64,000 nt of DNA from a virus (taxonomy: Duplodnaviria > Caudoviricetes): IMG/VR virus record IMGVR_UViG_3300023435_000009. One strand, 5' to 3'. The position numbers were made by a program, and so were the translations under genes. A model generated the notes under the pieces. The model was not told where the DNA came from, made no database searches, and was given only the letters and a program-made list of their open reading frames with translations. Position 1 is the first letter of the stretch, and each line of letters opens with the position of its first letter. Positions 27,154 through 37,065 of this stretch are shown here, piece by piece.

Positions 27154-29721
27154 TTGTGTTACAGTGGGATCCTGATAGGGGGGTGCATGAGGTGGTATGA
27201 AGCAGCCGGGTTGGGCAGGCAAGGGTTGTTTGATCTGTACCAGGAAAAAACGGACAAGGAAATAGCAGCAACGTATGGGGTTACAGATGCCTCCGTGTTG
27301 CAGGCCAGGAGGGGTTTTGGCATTCCTAGCCTGACGATGAGAGAAAGGCGGGAGCTTGTAAACCCTCCTGAGAGAAGCCTTTCCGATCTGACCCCTTCTG
27401 CCTTGGCTGATTTGTATAATCAGATGGGCGATGTGCAGATTGCTAAGATATTTGGGGTTGCCAAACCAGCCATTCAGAGACTGAGACGGAGATGGGGCAT
27501 TGCACCGTTGTCAAAGGCGGACCGCTCTGTGATACGTTCCGTTGCCTTTACAGCGGAACAAAAGGAAATTTGTATCGGGACCGTGTTGGGAGATGGGCAC
27601 ATTCTAAGCAGGGGGGTTCTTAAGGTGGCCCATTCGATTAATCAGCTCACCTATACGAGAAGGATGCACAGCCTTCTGTCCCCCCACACCCGTCCAATGT
27701 TTTACGAAGAAAAAAGGATGCGAGACAGCGGGGCTCTTACTTTCGGGTTTGGCTTCTGTACCGTACAGCATCCATGGTTAGCGCATCTGAGAGAAGTGTT
27801 TTACCCATACGGGGTGAAGGTGTTTCCTGATGATGTTCTACGGAATCTGACTGCTCGGTCTCTAGCCTACTGGTATTTCGATGACGGTCACTTGGCTGAT
27901 GGACTTCCAAGTATAGCTCTCGGGGACTTTACGACCGACGAAGCGCAGCGGATTATCGAAACTGTACGGGACAACTTCTATTTTGATGCATACCAGAGGG
28001 TTTCCTCCTCAACATGCAAGGTGTTCAGGCTTAGGGCTCGATCCGCCGACTCCTTTTACGCCTTGATTCGGGACTATGCGACTCCTGATATGTTCTACAA
28101 GTTGCCGCCTCATCATCGGCCTATTGGGGTGTCCTCTACAGCACTTATAACTCCTGTGACGGTGCCACTGAGTCCTGATCTACCTCAGAGCTTAAGAAGT
28201 CGGTCTAAGCAGTGGACATCCTTGGGCAACACAGAACGTCGTTGTTTGGTAAAGGATGTGGTTGGGTATTGGCGTGGGCAGGGGTTCCCCCATTCGGAAG
28301 CCAAGGTGGCCGAGTTGTTCACATTGTCAGGGCTGGAACAGGCTCAAGTGATTCAGGGGGGTGTTATTAAGGCCCGCCAGGTGGGACAGGCCCTTTGTCA
28401 TGCCTTTTGCCCTCACATATGGAAGGCTCGCAACTGGGACGGCACCCTGAGTCCCATGGCTATCTTCCAGGATGACCGCATGTTGGGGGAGGCGTTACGA
28501 CGAGGACTAGACGCAGATTATGTGCCAAATGGGGCACAAGTTCGGAGAGCGGTTCGTTACTACAAGAGGTCCGGGGTCTATAATTTCAGACCGTCAGCGG
28601 CTAAGGTACTGGTGGATCGTTATTGTATTCCCGGTGGTGTTGTGTGGGATCCTTGTGCTGGATACGGGGGTCGGATGCTTGGCACGGTTTTGTCGAAGCA
28701 GCGCCCACAGTATGTGGCATGTGATCCCCAACCCGAGACCTACGTGAGTCTCCTAAAATTCCAGGACTGGTTGGATGATTACGTCCCTGGGGTTACACAG
28801 AGAATTAGTCTTCACAACATTCCAGCGGAGGATTTTAACCCCCCTGACGTTGATATGGTCATGACATCTCCTCCTTACTGGAAGAAGGAGATGTACGGGG
28901 ATGGTGCAAACCTGGCAGGTAATAGATATCCCACATATGAGGCATGGCTGTCAGGGTTTTGGGTGCCTGTCCTTCAGAAAGCTGCGGATGCCCTTAAGCC
29001 GGGTGGTTGGTTGGTTCTGAACGTCGATGATTTTAAAATCGGCAGGAAGGAATACTCCTTGATTCGGGATACCCTGCGGGTTGTCGAAGGTACCGGGGTG
29101 TTTGAGAAGCCTGAGACATACATTTACGCCATGCCTATCGGGAAGGACCAAGAAAATGCTGAGAAGGTCTTTTGTTGGGTGAAAAGGGGGGTGCCAGAGG
29201 GGACGTCTACGGGCCACCAAGGTGCCGTTGTCGTTAGTGCCGAGAAATGTGTAGGCTGTGGGGGCATCTTTCCGAGTCACCTGATGGAGAAGGGGCGATG
29301 CGTCAAGTGTGTAGCAACACCCGTGAAGCGTTTGTGTAAGGGGTGTGGGAAGGAGTTTGAGCCAACTCGGGCGGACCATGAGTTCCATTCGAAGAATTGT
29401 CACGCCAGGTGGAGACGTCGGGAATACAGGAAGACGCACCCGGCAAAAAAAACACGGACGTTCGTATGTGTAGACTGTGGCAGGAAATGGCAGACGGAAC
29501 TGTTGGGGCATTTTACCCGTTGTCTGTCCTGTGCTGAGATTAAAAAGAACCATGCTCGGGACAAGCTGTGTCAGTACCATAAGTGCAGGAGGCCGTTCCA
29601 TGACAACTCCCCCAAGAATTCCATGCAGTATTGCCATCCTGAACACAGAAGACGAGAAAAGTTGTTTCGATTGGGGCAGGCACCGGAAAAATTCAGGAAG
29701 GACGATCCAGTGTTGGGCTAG
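27154..29721 (+). CDS. HTH-LAGLIDADG endonuclease fused to an N4/N6 DNA methyltransferase and Cys zinc ribbons
   Basis: GTVLGDG and AYWYFDDG (LAGLIDADG_2 type); MTase motif I WDPCAGYGG and motif IV TSPPY; C-terminal CxxC pairs; start may be ATG 27187. Confidence 0.8.
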   Translation: MCYSGILIGGCMRWYEAAGLGRQGLFDLYQEKTDKEIAATYGVTDASVLQARRGFGIPSLTMRERRELVNPPERSLSDLTPSALADLYNQMGDVQIAKIFGVAKPAIQRLRRRWGIAPLSKADRSVIRSVAFTAEQKEICIGTVLGDGHILSRGVLKVAHSINQLTYTRRMHSLLSPHTRPMFYEEKRMRDSGALTFGFGFCTVQHPWLAHLREVFYPYGVKVFPDDVLRNLTARSLAYWYFDDGHLADGLPSIALGDFTTDEAQRIIETVRDNFYFDAYQRVSSSTCKVFRLRARSADSFYALIRDYATPDMFYKLPPHHRPIGVSSTALITPVTVPLSPDLPQSLRSRSKQWTSLGNTERRCLVKDVVGYWRGQGFPHSEAKVAELFTLSGLEQAQVIQGGVIKARQVGQALCHAFCPHIWKARNWDGTLSPMAIFQDDRMLGEALRRGLDADYVPNGAQVRRAVRYYKRSGVYNFRPSAAKVLVDRYCIPGGVVWDPCAGYGGRMLGTVLSKQRPQYVACDPQPETYVSLLKFQDWLDDYVPGVTQRISLHNIPAEDFNPPDVDMVMTSPPYWKKEMYGDGANLAGNRYPTYEAWLSGFWVPVLQKAADALKPGGWLVLNVDDFKIGRKEYSLIRDTLRVVEGTGVFEKPETYIYAMPIGKDQENAEKVFCWVKRGVPEGTSTGHQGAVVVSAEKCVGCGGIFPSHLMEKGRCVKCVATPVKRLCKGCGKEFEPTRADHEFHSKNCHARWRRREYRKTHPAKKTRTFVCVDCGRKWQTELLGHFTRCLSCAEIKKNHARDKLCQYHKCRRPFHDNSPKNSMQYCHPEHRRREKLFRLGQAPEKFRKDDPVLG

Positions 29722-30296
29722 CCCTTCAGTTCGGGTGCATGCTTTTCCAGCCACGCTATAGCGACCAGGGCTGCAGGGCCTGGGATGCCTCCCAGCTTGA
29801 GGGTGGGGACGGACAGTTTGAGGTATTTGTAGAAGAACGTCAGGTGTGCCTCATCCAGGCCGTAGTTTCGGGCAGCATTCACGTAGCCTTCGACGGGGGG
29901 GACCTTTCCCCGGTGCCAGGTTTCCATGTTCATGCTTGTTCTGTAGGCTTCTCCTTCGTAGGTGGCCCGCCATGTCTGGTCAAGAAGGTACCGCACGGGG
30001 AAGAGTGCGTCTCGGGCTTGTACGACGTGTTCGTGTTCATGGGCACAGATGACCATCTGAGCCCATAAGCCGTGTCCAGGGGCCGCTACGCCTACCGTGA
30101 AGGGTGTGTAGATGGTTCTCCCGATGGTGGTGGTGAATTGGGTCAGGAAAGCGTCTTTGTCCAGGATGCCCATCACATCTAGGACACGCCCGATGAGTTG
30201 CATTTCTTCCGCTGACGCTTTGTTCTGAACTTCCGATCCATAGGTCTCGGTCATGTGTGTCCAGAGTGCTTTGACTTGTTCCGGTGTCGGTTTCAT
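29718..30296 (-). CDS. Putative HExxH metallopeptidase-like protein (192 aa)
   Basis: AHEHEHVVQ...YEGEAY; start overlaps the lipoprotein stop (ATGA). Confidence 0.6.
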   Translation of the reverse strand: MKPTPEQVKALWTHMTETYGSEVQNKASAEEMQLIGRVLDVMGILDKDAFLTQFTTTIGRTIYTPFTVGVAAPGHGLWAQMVICAHEHEHVVQARDALFPVRYLLDQTWRATYEGEAYRTSMNMETWHRGKVPPVEGYVNAARNYGLDEAHLTFFYKYLKLSVPTLKLGGIPGPAALVAIAWLEKHAPELKG

Positions 30297-30526
30297 TCTG
30301 CATTTCCCCAGAGGCAGGAGTGCCCCTCCGTTGTTTCCGCACAATACCATCCGTCCCCTATGTTGCAGTCCATCATGATTATCCAGTGACCCTGAGGGCT
30401 GCACAGTTCTACCCTGTTGTCAGTAGAACAGCGGGAGCGGTTGGCGGGGGCACACTCCTCTCCTTCTGGTGCAAGGGGGCTGCACCCCATAAGGCACAGG
30501 AAAAATAACGTTAGTAGTTTTTTCAT
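30293..30526 (-). CDS. Small Cys-rich lipoprotein (77 aa)
   Basis: SD GAGGAGG; MKK + hydrophobic stretch + lipobox LMGC; six further Cys. Confidence 0.7.
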   Translation of the reverse strand: MKKLLTLFFLCLMGCSPLAPEGEECAPANRSRCSTDNRVELCSPQGHWIIMMDCNIGDGWYCAETTEGHSCLWGNAE

Positions 30527-30666
30527 CTTGATTCCTCCTCCTTTCAGTGTACCCCGAAATCGGAGGTGGTTTCGGTAGAAGTATGATAAACGGCATCTTA
30601 GGTAGGGCCTGTTGTTTGTCCCTTTGGGCGAAGTCACAGAGGTGGCCTACATGTGGGGGATGCCTC

Positions 30667-31185
30667 GTGCCTGAGACCTTCAGAAACCGAGACTGTGTGA
30701 CGTTTAACAAGTCCGACACAGTCACGTCTGAGGTAGATGACGCTCTGGCTACTAATGGTTGGCCCGGCGGCGTGGCTGTTAACTGGGCTACTGACCCGGT
30801 AGAGCGGTTCGCTGTGACTCGGTCTGATGGAGCTGGGATGGGGTTCCTCCTCAAAGGTTCCGATGAGGTTGGGGACAGGTACACGGCGCAGACCAGGAAT
30901 CAGGTGTACTACAGGGTGGCGACCCTTTGTTTCGGTGGCTGGTTGATGATGACGACTTCCTTCGAGCGTTACACCTGGGCGTCTCGTCAAGTTGGACCCC
31001 TGGTGGAGATTCCGTATGCTGAGAGCGACCGTTTGCACTTTTCCAATAGGGGCTTGTGGACGAACGAGGATGAGTGGACTCTTTCCGGTGACCCGAGAGC
31101 ACCTAATTCACAAGTGGTGGGGACTGTGATGCAGGTGCCCACCGTAGCCAACGACCACTTCATAACCATCCAGACGTTGCTGTAA
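30667..31185 (+). CDS. Paralog 1 of a tandem triplet, putative virion protein
   Basis: GTG start with GGGGGA SD; shares FSxRGxWTNEDExTLSG..APN with the next two genes. Confidence 0.7.
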   Translation: MPETFRNRDCVTFNKSDTVTSEVDDALATNGWPGGVAVNWATDPVERFAVTRSDGAGMGFLLKGSDEVGDRYTAQTRNQVYYRVATLCFGGWLMMTTSFERYTWASRQVGPLVEIPYAESDRLHFSNRGLWTNEDEWTLSGDPRAPNSQVVGTVMQVPTVANDHFITIQTLL

Positions 31186-31706
31186 TGCCTGAGATCATCA
31201 GAACACGAGACTGCGTGGCACACTTCAAGGGTGATGCCTACCCCGTGGCCATCTCAGACGTCCTGATTACGAACGGGTGGCGTGGTTGCCAGGGTGTGAT
31301 GTGGACGGACTCCCCTGAAGACGAGTTCATGGTAACTCTCTCTGACGGTATGTTTGGTGGGTTCCTTCTTTGGGGGTCTGACGAGGTTCCTGACATGTTT
31401 ACGGGGATGTCGGGGAATCAGGTCCGAGAGGGTTATGGTATTTTGTGTACTGGGGGCTGGTTGTTATCCACCCCTGTGTTCGAGCAGTTCACATATGCCA
31501 GTCGGGTGGGTGGTCCTCCATTGGTCCCCCTCGTTTACACTGCGGGAGAGCGCCTCTTGTTTTCCCTCAGGGGTCGATGGACAAATGAGGATGAATGGAC
31601 CCTGTCTGGTGATCCTAGAGCGCCTAACGATAACTTTGCTGGTAGTGTCTGTCAGCCCCCTCGGACGCTGAACAACAACTGCCTAGTTCTGACGACGGTT
31701 TTGTAA
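31185..31706 (+). CDS. Paralog 2 of the tandem triplet
   Basis: TAATG coupling; same conserved motifs. Confidence 0.75.
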   Translation: MPEIIRTRDCVAHFKGDAYPVAISDVLITNGWRGCQGVMWTDSPEDEFMVTLSDGMFGGFLLWGSDEVPDMFTGMSGNQVREGYGILCTGGWLLSTPVFEQFTYASRVGGPPLVPLVYTAGERLLFSLRGRWTNEDEWTLSGDPRAPNDNFAGSVCQPPRTLNNNCLVLTTVL

Positions 31707-32236
31707 TGGCAAGAAAACTCATCACTGAGATCGTCCGGGCACGGGACAGCATCGTCTTCTACAAGGTGGACTCTACGACCGTCACAATAGATCCGGTTAT
31801 GTTGGCTGCGGGGTGGTCCGGTGGTCAGGGTGTGCAATGGGTTGCAGGGGTCGATGACGAGCGCACAATAACCTTTTCTGATGGTCGGTTTGGTGGTTTC
31901 CTTATCTGGGGTTCCGACGAGCTTGCAGACCAACTCACTGCTGTCACGGATAGTCAGGTGGCTTACCGATACACCACAATGCTGTTCGGTGGGTGCCTCT
32001 TTTCTACCTCTACCTTCGAGCAGTCCACCTACGCCTCCCGGTTGGTGGGTCCGCTGGTCCCTATCGTATACCAACCGAACGACGCCCTGTACTTCTCCCT
32101 CCGGGGTTGGTGGACGAATGAAGACGAGGCCACCCTTTCCGGGGCTGCCTATGCTCCGAACGCCACTGCTGGCTTTGTCGCCCAGGTCCCAAAGGCGAGT
32201 AATAATTTTTATATTGGGATTCAGACACTCTTGTAG
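31706..32236 (+). CDS. Paralog 3 of the tandem triplet
   Basis: TAATG coupling; same conserved motifs. Confidence 0.75.
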   Translation: MARKLITEIVRARDSIVFYKVDSTTVTIDPVMLAAGWSGGQGVQWVAGVDDERTITFSDGRFGGFLIWGSDELADQLTAVTDSQVAYRYTTMLFGGCLFSTSTFEQSTYASRLVGPLVPIVYQPNDALYFSLRGWWTNEDEATLSGAAYAPNATAGFVAQVPKASNNFYIGIQTLL

Positions 32237-32288
32237 ATGGCGGGTACAGTAGAGGCGGTACCTGATCTGCCAGAAGCAGGAGGAGTTT

Positions 32289-33287
32289 ATGGAGATCCAA
32301 TTTGTCGCTGGTGAGTTTCAGCAGTTCCGAGTGTTGCACAAGGTCCATCTGGGACAATTTTCGTTAGACATCCCCGAAGAAGCAGTGGTCGAGTTTGACG
32401 GGATGACTGTCAAGTGGGGGGGCAAGGACTACGCTGTCCCAGCGTTGCGGGGGGCGATCCGAGCCGATTGGTTGGTGCCGGTGGCGGACACCACCACGAC
32501 GACCTTCGCACCTAAGGCCGCAGGGGTTCAGGTCCGGCCTGCTACGACAACGGGGCGGGATAGAGGCGAAGCTTTCTCGGTCACAGCCGTAGACGAGGAT
32601 GAGCAGGTCGTTGGGTCTGTCCAAGATTCGAAGGACAAGACTGAAACGGCCCGTAAGGTAGCAGCAGCGGTGGCGACACCACACAGGCCCGCAGCACCCC
32701 AGTCGGTGGAGGCGTCACCTCAGGTAACCCCCGAACCTGCGCCAGCACCTGGAAAGATGCAGGTGATAGACACTGAGGATGACCAGGGCGCTGTCACCGT
32801 CGCAACGATAGGTAGCCCCACAAAGTCCTCCTTCGTCTCAGGTGACGAGCATGAGGCTGCCGAAGCTCCGCGTCGTGTGGAGTCCCGTAAAGGGAACATC
32901 AAGAGGGTGCCGGTGCCCAGCGCTGTCAATGCCGATGCCGAGGGTGGAACACCCATCACGGAGACCCTGGCGGGTGGTGCTACGGGAGATGTTGCTGTTG
33001 CCACCGAAGGGGATACTCTCGAAGAGCTGCTCCCCAACGCTGTCTCTACGGGAACACCCCCCGCTACCAAGCCCCCCGAGAAGGCCAAGGCGAAGAAGGT
33101 TCCGACAGAAGTTCCCCAGGTAGGCGGAGAGGACTTCAACTGGAGCAAGAAGGGTCACTGGCGTGACAGGGTACAGAGGGCGCTGGTCTACAAGGACAAC
33201 CCCGAGGCTCTTGCCGCCATCAAGGCCATTGAGATCAAGTCTGTGGTCAAGCAGCTTGGCGTAGAGTTGCGGAAGCTCTCTCGTTAG
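32289..33287 (+). CDS. Hypothetical Pro/Ala-rich protein (332 aa)
   Basis: SD GGAGGAG; long ORF with coding bias. Confidence 0.7.
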   Translation: MEIQFVAGEFQQFRVLHKVHLGQFSLDIPEEAVVEFDGMTVKWGGKDYAVPALRGAIRADWLVPVADTTTTTFAPKAAGVQVRPATTTGRDRGEAFSVTAVDEDEQVVGSVQDSKDKTETARKVAAAVATPHRPAAPQSVEASPQVTPEPAPAPGKMQVIDTEDDQGAVTVATIGSPTKSSFVSGDEHEAAEAPRRVESRKGNIKRVPVPSAVNADAEGGTPITETLAGGATGDVAVATEGDTLEELLPNAVSTGTPPATKPPEKAKAKKVPTEVPQVGGEDFNWSKKGHWRDRVQRALVYKDNPEALAAIKAIEIKSVVKQLGVELRKLSR

Positions 33288-33357
33288 TTCCCAACCTTTC
33301 CCGCTAGTCAGTCTATCAGGCCACCCCCAGTAGGTACGGCTTTATCCGGGGGCATGA

Positions 33358-33756
33358 ATGAAACAGACGACAGCAAGCAGCCAAGCGGCCTGGGCACTCC
33401 TGACTGAGGGTGTGACCAACGCACGGGTAGAGGCCCATCGGTTGCAGCATCTGATAGGTCGGGCTACGGCCCTGGTAGAGGGTTCCGACGAGAAGGAGCA
33501 TCTCTACCAAGTGGCAGGGGACATTATTGTAGCCATGCCACAGAGACTCGACCAACTGCTTCGGGCACTGGACCGTACAGGGTTGGCTCTCTCCAAGATG
33601 GGTGAGGAATTCCTGAGTTCACGATTGCCGCTGTCAGACAAGACAATGGTGGAGGAGGCGGTAGCATCTGCCTTTGGGAAGGGCCAACCCCGCCACTCAG
33701 AGGCCCGACGCCTGGCCCAGAGATACCTCCAGAAGCAAGCGGAGTCCCAGGAGTGA
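33358..33756 (+). CDS. Hypothetical helical protein (132 aa) ending in RLAQRYL-QKQA
   Basis: Overlaps the next gene (GTGA); carries the recurrent motif. Confidence 0.7.
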   Translation: MKQTTASSQAAWALLTEGVTNARVEAHRLQHLIGRATALVEGSDEKEHLYQVAGDIIVAMPQRLDQLLRALDRTGLALSKMGEEFLSSRLPLSDKTMVEEAVASAFGKGQPRHSEARRLAQRYLQKQAESQE

Positions 33757-35843
33757 AACTGAAAGCCGACTCGTTGGTAGCAGGGTACAGGCCCCCGATG
33801 GAGGAGCTTACGGGGTGGAAGACCTTTACTCCGTCCACAGACGGCACCAGGCCGCCCGCTACGTCCCCCAAGGACCAGGCCCTGCCCTCACCCCCCAACA
33901 GTCGGAGTAAGCCCATAGGGAAGCCCTCCCTCAACGCACCACCCTCTTCTGAGGATGCACTCGATGGAAGGCCCTTGCACACGGACCGAGTTCGGACTTT
34001 GGCTATCCCAGGTGAGTACAGCCCTCATCCGAACCCTGAACCTCGGACGACGCCTGTCCGGCGACAGAATCTGGCAGCGAGAAGGAAGGTGGCTGGGGGC
34101 TATTATGATCTGAAGCCCCAAACACCTGTGTCTGAGGTTCTTAAGCGGTGGGTGGGTGATGGGGCCAAAGCCTACGATGACTCCATGCCTCAGTTCTACT
34201 CCGCTCAGGAGTTGTGGCCCTACCGTGAGTTTACCCGGAAACGGGAGACTGCTCTCAGGGGATTTGCACGTGTCCGTGGGAAGATGGTAGAGCTTCCGGG
34301 GTTTGTCAAATGGGACGTCCTCAAACAGGACATGCAGAAACGAGGGTGGGATCTTAACAGTCCGTTGCTTCTGTTTGTGGGAAGGAACGGGTCGGCCAAG
34401 ATAGGGGAAGGGAACCATCGTCTTGCGATAGCCAAGGAGTTGGGGCTTAAGCGGATCCCTGTGCGGTTCCTATTTGACCAGAGGGTGGTCAAGGAAAAGC
34501 CCCCTACAGTGTCTCCTCAGGCAGTGAAAAAGGTCGTGGAGAAAGAGGTCCAGAAGCCGCTCTCTGATAAAGACCGGGTTCAGATCGAGGGCCTCATGCA
34601 GCAGATGGAGGACATGGGAATCCTGGCTGCAATGAAGGGTCCGACTTTTCCTGGGATGAACAGGCAGCGCAAGCAGTACGGGGACGCCAAGCGTTATCAG
34701 AAGCAGTACTACCTGAAAAACCGGAACAAGATCCATCAGCGAATGACTCGTTGGTACCGAAAGTACAAGTCCAACCCGTTGTTGAAGAGGGACAAAAAAC
34801 GTCGTCAGGATTACCCCAATCGTTTCAAGAGGTTCCCTGGGGGATTCGGGTCCAACAGTGAACGAGGGAAAGACTGGCGGGAGAAGCAGAAGAAGGCAAC
34901 CTGGGAGGTCGGTGTCCCGATCTGGTATCTACCCTGGGATGAAGAGGGTCACTTGATGTCCGTGGACACTGCTACGGGGACAGTGCTGGTACGAACGCCT
35001 AGCGGGTCAGAGACCCTAACCCTTCCCGAGATGTTCGAGTCCATTGTGTTCGAGTCCGAAGAAGACATGGAGAAGGTGTTCGCTTTCCTGGACGAGGCGT
35101 TGGGGTACGCCCCCGGTGAGGACGATCCTGAGGATCCCAACCAGGAGTCGTTGATCGATCAGTGGTACTTTCCTACGGAGAAGCTGGGCTGGTTCATGGA
35201 AAAAGGTCCAGCAGATAGTTCCGTTGAGTACTACAACAGAGGTACGGACAAGAAGCCTGAGGAGCACCAACCTCTGGAGGGCTTTGAGCCGTATGACCAC
35301 CCGGTTATGGACAATCCTGGATCCGCCAAGGTGATACCCTGGAACTCTGATCTGGTCAACAATAAGGCTGCTGCTCGTATCGCTGAGATTCAGGAGGGGT
35401 GTTCCACAAAGCTAATGGAACAGGCCAAGGGTTTGATCCCCCAGAGAGTTCGGTACAGCCCCCGGAACAAGATGTGGTTGTTCGACGTGCCTGGCTCGAA
35501 GGGGGCTTACCGAGTCCGTGTGAAGGTGTTGCCCAAAGGGAACACCACGACCGTCTCCAAGATGGATGTTTTAGTTTCGTGTTCCTGTCCGTATTGGCGG
35601 TGGCAGGGTCCTGAGCACTGGGCGAAGGTAAATGATTACTTGTATGGACGCTCCCAAGGGACAGCAGCCAAACCTTCGATGAAGGATCCTGATGGTACGC
35701 ACAGAGCCTGTAAGCACGTACTTGCTTGTTTTGAAGCAATGAAGAATTATGCGTTAATTAAGCGGCGTAACAAAAAAACAGCGGCAAGGGCCACAGCCAT
35801 TGCCCATCGGTATTTGGGACAGGCAAACTGGAGGCAGTGTTGA
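33753..35843 (+). CDS. Multidomain protein: ParB-like domain, SH3-like segment, SWIM-type zinc finger
   Basis: IGEGNHRLAIAKELG (ParB/Srx); SCSCPYW...ACKHV (SWIM); ends KTAA...AIAHRYL. Confidence 0.75.
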   Translation: MKLKADSLVAGYRPPMEELTGWKTFTPSTDGTRPPATSPKDQALPSPPNSRSKPIGKPSLNAPPSSEDALDGRPLHTDRVRTLAIPGEYSPHPNPEPRTTPVRRQNLAARRKVAGGYYDLKPQTPVSEVLKRWVGDGAKAYDDSMPQFYSAQELWPYREFTRKRETALRGFARVRGKMVELPGFVKWDVLKQDMQKRGWDLNSPLLLFVGRNGSAKIGEGNHRLAIAKELGLKRIPVRFLFDQRVVKEKPPTVSPQAVKKVVEKEVQKPLSDKDRVQIEGLMQQMEDMGILAAMKGPTFPGMNRQRKQYGDAKRYQKQYYLKNRNKIHQRMTRWYRKYKSNPLLKRDKKRRQDYPNRFKRFPGGFGSNSERGKDWREKQKKATWEVGVPIWYLPWDEEGHLMSVDTATGTVLVRTPSGSETLTLPEMFESIVFESEEDMEKVFAFLDEALGYAPGEDDPEDPNQESLIDQWYFPTEKLGWFMEKGPADSSVEYYNRGTDKKPEEHQPLEGFEPYDHPVMDNPGSAKVIPWNSDLVNNKAAARIAEIQEGCSTKLMEQAKGLIPQRVRYSPRNKMWLFDVPGSKGAYRVRVKVLPKGNTTTVSKMDVLVSCSCPYWRWQGPEHWAKVNDYLYGRSQGTAAKPSMKDPDGTHRACKHVLACFEAMKNYALIKRRNKKTAARATAIAHRYLGQANWRQC

Positions 35844-36595
35844 GAGAGAATCGACTCATACTTCAGTGTCCAAGGTGCAGAAAATTCTTCCCACGTAAAG
35901 CAAGTATTGTTCGGGAACTGCGCAAGCGCAACCCACAGGTTCAAATGTGCTGCGGAACTCAGTGTGCAAGTAGCTTGAAACGACGGGTGGTGAAGATAGA
36001 GGACAGGAAGATTTTTGAGTATCTTATTGGGGTGGTGTTGGGTGACGGGCATGTGGGTGATAGAGCCGTTCGGGTTGCTGTCGGATTACAGGATGAGGAA
36101 TATGTTGAAGTCCTGAGTTCACTGTTCCAATTGGGGGTAGGTACAGCACCTACGATTCAAAGAAATGTAATGGCTCGTTCATATCAGGTTGTGTTGTGTT
36201 TCTTGGCGGGGGCAGAGTTGTTCCAACCCTATAAGTATTTAGGGGGCTGTGAGTGGTCATTAAAAGGGATCAAACATCCTGGGTTTGTTTTGGGTGGGCT
36301 CTGCGATACGGACGGTGGTTGGGAAATCAAGAAAGGACGCCGGATTGCCTTCACCATAACCCAAAAGGATAACGGAAATTTGGAACGAACTCTTCCCCTT
36401 TGGAAGAGTCTCGGGATAATTGTCACTTTGCGTCATTATGCTGTTGACCGAGCGGTGTTGAGAGTGCCCTCAACATCCCAGGAACGATTCCAGAAAAAGG
36501 TGATGTTATTTCATCCCCGGAAAAAGTTCGCTACTCCTGATTGGTATCCTGTACGTGCAGGGGAAAAAAGGAGCAGTCAAAATGCCGACCTATGA
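35837..36595 (+). mobile_element. Free-standing LAGLIDADG homing endonuclease
   Basis: YLIGVVLGDG and LGGLCDTDG motifs; N-terminal CPRC...CC..C; lower GC. Confidence 0.8.
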
Positions 36596-36959
36596 GTTCC
36601 AGTGTAAGTCGTGCGAAGCGGGGTTCGAGAAGATCCTCCGCCTCTCAGAATACAACGATCCACAGGTGTGCCCTGAGTGCAAGAGCACCGATACCCAAAG
36701 GATTGTTTCAGCATGTGCCTTCGTTCTTGTGGGGGATGGGTGGCCCAGCAAGGATCTCCGTTGCAAGGGCCAGATGACCCGTAAAAACGCCCGGATGGGC
36801 AAAAAGATGAAGGACCATGTCTCCCCCGGCGAGACCCTGGCCCCCAATGTAAACGGGGAAGAGACCAAGTCCTGGGCTGATGCCCAGAAGTTGGCAAAAG
36901 ACAAGGGTAAGAATGCTGCCAGCTACGAACCGATGGTTCAAAAGGAAAAACGAGGTTGA
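36582..36959 (+). CDS. FmdB-family zinc-ribbon protein
   Basis: MPTYEFQCKSC...CPEC signature; AAGGAG SD. Confidence 0.8.
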   Translation: MPTYEFQCKSCEAGFEKILRLSEYNDPQVCPECKSTDTQRIVSACAFVLVGDGWPSKDLRCKGQMTRKNARMGKKMKDHVSPGETLAPNVNGEETKSWADAQKLAKDKGKNAASYEPMVQKEKRG

Positions 36960-36967
36960 AGTGTTGC

Positions 36968-36995
36968 TTGATACTTAGGCAATCGCAGTTATACT
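36968..36995 (+). promoter_or_regulatory. Sigma70-type promoter at the left end of TnpB element #2
   Basis: TTGATA-16 nt-TATACT. Confidence 0.55.
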
Positions 36996-37002
36996 AGTCC
37001 TT

Positions 37003-37053
37003 ATGAGCAGGGCTTGCACCATAGGGTGGTTTGCTACGTGCATCAGAAAATAA
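37003..37053 (+). pseudogene. Possible remnant of an IS607 serine-recombinase (tnpA) N-terminus
   Basis: MSRACTIGWFATCIRK* resembles the start of a MerR-type HTH (xxIGEFA); lies between the promoter and tnpB. Confidence 0.3.
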
Positions 37054-37065
37054 GGAGTTAGGATT

